Positions 38,047 to 42,502 of a DNA stretch of 42,502 bases are shown here, piece after piece. The notes beneath the pieces are model-generated. The model was not told the origin of the DNA. It worked only from the letters and a program-made list of their open reading frames with translations, and did not search any database. Numbering within the stretch: position 1 is the stretch's first letter; each line of letters begins with the position of its first letter. This stretch comes from Pseudomonadota bacterium (GTDB taxonomy: Bacteria > Bdellovibrionota_F > JAHFAK01 > JBDREC01). Location: assembly GCA_043820105.1 (NCBI GenBank), contig JBDREC010000049.1, forward strand, positions 62,001 to 104,502, given 5' to 3'. Position numbers and translations under genes: made by a program.

Positions 38047-38979
38047 TCACTTTTCACTTCTTGTCGCCTTGTTTTCGAGCAGTTTTAGATCCTCCGTGCT
38101 AATTACTGGGGAACCAGGTTTTGGAGGCTTTATTACGTCAAAGGCGCCGGATTCGCTTTCGTTTTGGAATCTTCCTGTTAAAATGTCATAAGCTAATTTT
38201 CCTTCTCTGTTTCGTATTCGTTTGCTTACATTTAGATCATTCTCAGTAAAAAGCGCTAAAATTTCTTGGATTTCTGGTAATTCTTTAGTTTGGGCAGCAA
38301 TCATTAAAGCAGTATTTTTAGCTTTATTTTGTTTATTTGGATCTAATCCTATTATAATTCTTGAATAATGCTTATTTAACAGGGAATTTGTATAATAGTT
38401 ATTATCACTTTGAACAGCTTCCATTAAAGCTGTATTGCCGTGTCTTGGATCTGTATCATTGAAATCTATTTCTCTTGGATAATATTCTATTAGCAAATTG
38501 AATATCTCTACATAATCTTTTTTTATTGCTGTAATTAATATTGGATTTGTTAAATACGGATCATCTCGATAATTTATGTCATAATAGTTATTATATCTAT
38601 TATATTCTCTTGCTGATTCAAAAAATGCCCTTAGAAACTTGGGTTTGTTGTTATATACTAATACTTCAACTGTGCTACATGATGGTATATTCCTAGAACA
38701 ATTTATATCAGAACAGCTCCCGCTTAAATTTAAATCATCGATTTCAAAATCTTTGAAGGGACCATCAAATAAAGAATCTAAATAAAATTTAAATTCTTTT
38801 ATCTGATTTTTATCATATGCATCTCTTATGTAGCTATATAATGTTTCCTTGTAAGAGAGTTCTCTATTCCCATTGCTTAAATCGTCATCAGCGAATAGAA
38901 ATGAAAATAATGTTGAAGTAACAAATAAAATAAAAGCTATTATTAATGTTACTAAATTTTGTTTTTTAATTTTATTCAT
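38047..38979 (-). CDS. Secreted ankyrin repeat protein
   Basis: GNTALMEAV, NTALMIAA, GKLAYD; signal peptide. Confidence 0.75.
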   Translation of the reverse strand: MNKIKKQNLVTLIIAFILFVTSTLFSFLFADDDLSNGNRELSYKETLYSYIRDAYDKNQIKEFKFYLDSLFDGPFKDFEIDDLNLSGSCSDINCSRNIPSCSTVEVLVYNNKPKFLRAFFESAREYNRYNNYYDINYRDDPYLTNPILITAIKKDYVEIFNLLIEYYPREIDFNDTDPRHGNTALMEAVQSDNNYYTNSLLNKHYSRIIIGLDPNKQNKAKNTALMIAAQTKELPEIQEILALFTENDLNVSKRIRNREGKLAYDILTGRFQNESESGAFDVIKPPKPGSPVISTEDLKLLENKATRSEK

Positions 38980-39341
38980 ATTTCACCTTATTAAGTAGTT
39001 ATTTTAATTAATTTGATTGGAAAATATTAAAAGCAAATCCTATGCCATGCATAGCGATAAGATTTGTTTAATTAAAACAATGAATTATCTTCGTCCAGTA
39101 AAACTATATATTAAATATGAGGAAATTTGTCCGCTTTGATGTAGAATGTAAATACCAGCTTCTACTATGAATTGGCATTTGAGCAGTCTTTATAGGTGGC
39201 TTATACTGTAAAAAACCTAATTCAGTGAATAAAGAAAGGTGTTTTTTCTTGATCTCTTGTTCCCTTGCGCTCCTGTTCCCTAAGTTGACTGGGGCTCTAT
39301 TGTTTAGGTATTCAAATTAGAGTTGATCCTAAAATTTATTC

Positions 39342-39785
39342 CTAGTTATTTAAAGCCCTTAAATTAGCGTGAGCTATCCATTGCCATTTGCCATCGGTTT
39401 CTAAAAATACAGTTAATCTTTCTGCTTTTTTCTTTTCTAGCTTTTTTCCATCAATAGTTTCTGCACATTTTACAAAATATGTGACTAAAAGAACTGGTCC
39501 ATTTTGAGTAACTTTAATATCTGAAAATTCATAATCACTTAAATTTAAGCCTTTCAACAATTTCATCTCATCAGTTTTTGTGTTTGCTCCATTTGTGTGA
39601 ACTGCCTGAAAACCCTCTGATATCATTTTATCAAGAGCATCGATTTTTTTGTCTTTCATGTTAGACCAAATTTCATTCAAAAGTTCTTTGCCCTTTTTGT
39701 CAGCATCAAATTTTTTATCAGTAGCGATTGATAAATTTGATGAAAAAGCAGCAATAATAAAAAGACTAATTAATATTTTTTTCAT
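39342..39785 (-). CDS. Secreted NTF2-like (DUF4440-type) protein
   Basis: Signal peptide, RLTVF...GKWQWIAHAN; AGGAG RBS before ATG 39785. Confidence 0.75.
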   Translation of the reverse strand: MKKILISLFIIAAFSSNLSIATDKKFDADKKGKELLNEIWSNMKDKKIDALDKMISEGFQAVHTNGANTKTDEMKLLKGLNLSDYEFSDIKVTQNGPVLLVTYFVKCAETIDGKKLEKKKAERLTVFLETDGKWQWIAHANLRALNN

Positions 39786-40043
39786 TTTGGCTCCTTGTAT
39801 ATTTAACAAACATTAAAAGAAATATATTATAAGAATAAAATTTTATAAGGCAAGTTTTCAAGACAAGGAATGTCCCAAATACTGATTATTTTGTTAATAA
39901 TTCCTCCTTTTGAAAAAAAGAATCCAAACAATGCAAGGAATAAGTGTTTGTTTTAAATGGATTTTGTATGCTTTGATAATTTGGACCTAAATTTGCTTTA
40001 ATTAAGGAAAAAATAAATATTTAATATATAAGGATTCTAAATT

Positions 40044-40520
40044 ATGAAAAAAAAATGTGCCTGTATCTTTTTGAAGATCTTATTAGTAGCAATTATACTA
40101 CTTCTTTGTTCATTTTCACTCTATTCAAAAGAAAACAAAAAACCCATACGCCTTCAAAATGAAATAATTGAAAATAGTGTAACTATTGCATTAAAGCAAT
40201 TCATTGCAGAGAAGAAATGGAAGTATAATAAAGCTGGACAAGGCCCCTTGTTGGATGAACCAGTAAATATAATAATTAAAGAAGAATATCAATTTAGTAT
40301 CATAGGAAGAACTTATTTTAATTATAATGGCTCTGTAAATAGCTTTTTAATTAAAGCAGACTTTCCATGTAGTTCAGAAAAAGATGAAGTAATTGCAGCT
40401 GGAAGTTGTAATATTATTGCACTTCAGAATCATGCAAATAAAACTTGGAAATCTTATATAGACTATGATACCTGTGTATGCGCTTATTATTACAATTATG
40501 AAAATGAAGAGAGTGAATAG
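40044..40520 (+). CDS. Secreted hypothetical protein
   Basis: Signal peptide, 158-aa ORF. Confidence 0.6.
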   Translation: MKKKCACIFLKILLVAIILLLCSFSLYSKENKKPIRLQNEIIENSVTIALKQFIAEKKWKYNKAGQGPLLDEPVNIIIKEEYQFSIIGRTYFNYNGSVNSFLIKADFPCSSEKDEVIAAGSCNIIALQNHANKTWKSYIDYDTCVCAYYYNYENEESE

Positions 40521-40582
40521 ATTATAGAATATATATTATGCAGCCACCAACAGTTTGATAAAAAAGAGCACCCCATCTTTTT

Positions 40583-42259
40583 TCAATAATCAGAGATGGT
40601 AAACAAACTTAAGTTCCCTTCTTCTCCTTCACGATAATAATATGTAATATAGACATTTCCATTGGCGACATCTATGGAAGATAATGATTCTGTGTAATCT
40701 CCGGCCGATCCAGCTATCGCCGTTGCCCAGAAACCATAGACGTTGTTTGCATATCTTATTACATTATTAGCAGAATCATAAAAGCTAACATGGAAATATC
40801 CGTTTTCATCCATTGATACCGCTGGATTAAAGGAAACAATGTTTTCCCGGGTTGCAAAAACTATTGAGCTTACCCAATCACCACTTGCATTTGTGGTGCA
40901 TAAAAGTTTTTTGAGTTGATTTGTGTTGTATTGATAGAAAATATAAATATTTTCATTTGCATCAAGCTTGATAACTGGAAAGATCCCATTATCATCATTT
41001 GTTTCATCAATAATCTCGGTTGACCATGCCTGGCTGGTGGCATTAAAATAGGCATATTTTAAGTGTCTGTCGCCTTCAGTGTTGCTTTGGTAGGCAACAT
41101 GCAGATTATCATTTGCATCAATAGCCATTGATAGACCCATGTCAGCGACATCACTTGTGTCAATGCTCTCGGCCGTAAAGCCTCCCTGATAGTCTCCATA
41201 TGCGTAGCCCAAAGAATTAACACCCTCAACTTTTTCCCAATACACAATATCTGTATTGTCTGAGGAATTAATAACAGTCGCTGTATGTTTCCCGGAATTT
41301 GATCCATCTGCAACGGTGCTTGCAAAACTGCCCTGACTGTTTGTGGCATAAACAAGGGACTTGGTTCCTGATCTTCTATAAGAAAGGTGAGCGGCTTCAC
41401 TATCGTCAAGAACTAAAGAAACATGGGTTCCAGGATTATCAATTGTATCCACATCACTTGTTACTGTTTCTTCAGTGCTGGTATTATAAATCATATATTT
41501 TAATTTAGAATTTGTTTCATCTTTATATGCGATGTGCAGGTTATTGCTTGAGTCATGTGTTAAAGCATTAAATTGACCATTATCTCCTGCATCGTCTAAG
41601 ATGCTTGATACACTCGTGATATTTTCAGTTGTAAAGACAATTTCAGTTGCTTCAGCTGCATTTCCATTAGCATCTGTGACTAGTGGGCTTACTGTTATTG
41701 TATAGCTTGTATTATAGTCTAAATATACAGGTGTTATGCTTAAAATGCCTGTTTCTGTGTTAAAATTAATTGTTGCAGGAATGGTCTTTAGGGCTGCATT
41801 TTTCAATAGCACACCTGAATTAAGAGTAGAGACCTTTACTTGACCAGATAAAGTTGCTGTTATACTAGTATCTAGACTGACATCACTTGCTCCATCTAAA
41901 GGTGTGGAGCTTGTAACTGTAGGCCCTGTTACGGTGCTGTTATTATTGCTGTTTCTTCTGTTTGCTCGGGTGCTATCTGAGCTTGTTTCTGAGCTTGCTT
42001 GCAGCTCTGTGCTATCATCAACAGACTCAATATCAACTAAATTATCATCTGATATTTCTCCAAGATCAATGGTTTCAGCTGAGTCTTCAGTTATAGCGCC
42101 ATCTGGTGCATCTGCTTTATTTCCCGCTGATTCTGCACAGTTTGTTAGAGAAAATATAATAATTACAAATATTAAAGGTAAAATATAAAGATAATCTTCA
42201 ATTCGATATGCTTTTTGAAGGCTAATGGCTCTTGTTTTAGATTCATTTTTTTGATACAT
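40583..42259 (-). CDS. Surface lipoprotein with Ig-like (Big_5) domain and beta-propeller-like repeats
   Basis: LTNC lipobox, PTVTSSTPLDGA...VTDANGN Ig motif, repeated SLAxDxxxxxHIAY blades. Confidence 0.75.
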   Translation of the reverse strand: MYQKNESKTRAISLQKAYRIEDYLYILPLIFVIIIFSLTNCAESAGNKADAPDGAITEDSAETIDLGEISDDNLVDIESVDDSTELQASSETSSDSTRANRRNSNNNSTVTGPTVTSSTPLDGASDVSLDTSITATLSGQVKVSTLNSGVLLKNAALKTIPATINFNTETGILSITPVYLDYNTSYTITVSPLVTDANGNAAEATEIVFTTENITSVSSILDDAGDNGQFNALTHDSSNNLHIAYKDETNSKLKYMIYNTSTEETVTSDVDTIDNPGTHVSLVLDDSEAAHLSYRRSGTKSLVYATNSQGSFASTVADGSNSGKHTATVINSSDNTDIVYWEKVEGVNSLGYAYGDYQGGFTAESIDTSDVADMGLSMAIDANDNLHVAYQSNTEGDRHLKYAYFNATSQAWSTEIIDETNDDNGIFPVIKLDANENIYIFYQYNTNQLKKLLCTTNASGDWVSSIVFATRENIVSFNPAVSMDENGYFHVSFYDSANNVIRYANNVYGFWATAIAGSAGDYTESLSSIDVANGNVYITYYYREGEEGNLSLFTISDY

Positions 42260-42502
42260 TTCCCAACTCTTTAATATTATTATTAAAAAAAACAAACATT
42301 TTTCTTAATACTAGATAATTATAACATAGTTACATCTGTTTTAAAAGTGATTTATATCACAACCAGCGATTCCGCAACGAATTATCTAAGGGTTCAAATT
42401 TAAAAGAAAAAGGCCTGCTTTTACAAAAAATCAAGTTCTCACGTTAAAAAAAATATAATATTTAAGATAAAAATGAGCATTAATTTCAAGAAATTGAAAA
42501 AA

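Noticed and set aside
39170-39212. Short similarity to two parts of the NCS2 gene (about 34291 and 35403)
   Set aside because: Under 30 nt with mismatches in AT-rich DNA; not distinguishable from chance by eye.
192-42188. Short antisense or overlapping ORFs in the track (e.g. 192-527, 3369-3650, 16430-16714, 29207-29524, 32142-32381, 34253-34657, 41059-41409)
   Set aside because: Shadow frames of well-supported genes with no motifs; 32142-32381 is antisense to the legumain 3' end and the C1A stub.
42350-42430. Possible riboswitch upstream of the large lipoprotein
   Set aside because: No recognisable consensus or convincing stems; would need an Rfam covariance search.

Overview
AT-rich bacterial window. 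It starts with trxB and a tRNA-His(GTG) gene, followed by about 41 kb of mostly accessory DNA. The most notable structure is an apparent tRNA-His-anchored array of four integrase-less cassettes (about 1089-1818, 1819-4331, 4332-5601, 5602-15299). Each cassette ends in a same-orientation ~87-90 bp scar whose minus strand reads as a start-less 28-29 aa protein tail (G-P-L-V-D-E-Y-R-N-F-L-R...LAA/LAS*) and whose edge (RCCY) matches the tRNA 3' terminus. Each cassette begins with a CTNGRTCTA direct-repeat doublet. Cargo includes a class II Fic protein, a toxin-antitoxin-like nucleotidyltransferase pair with a four-site operator, an IS-interrupted GNAT, a transposon-end-bounded ERCC4/RecQ/RNA-ligase block and an AioX/ArrT-like sensor system. 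Downstream are an arsR-arsP-arsEFG-like cluster, bcp, rsgA, transporters, a solute-binding-protein/legumain fusion, tandem secreted ankyrin-like paralogs and many short gene stubs. All calls come from reading motifs by eye; no database searches were run.
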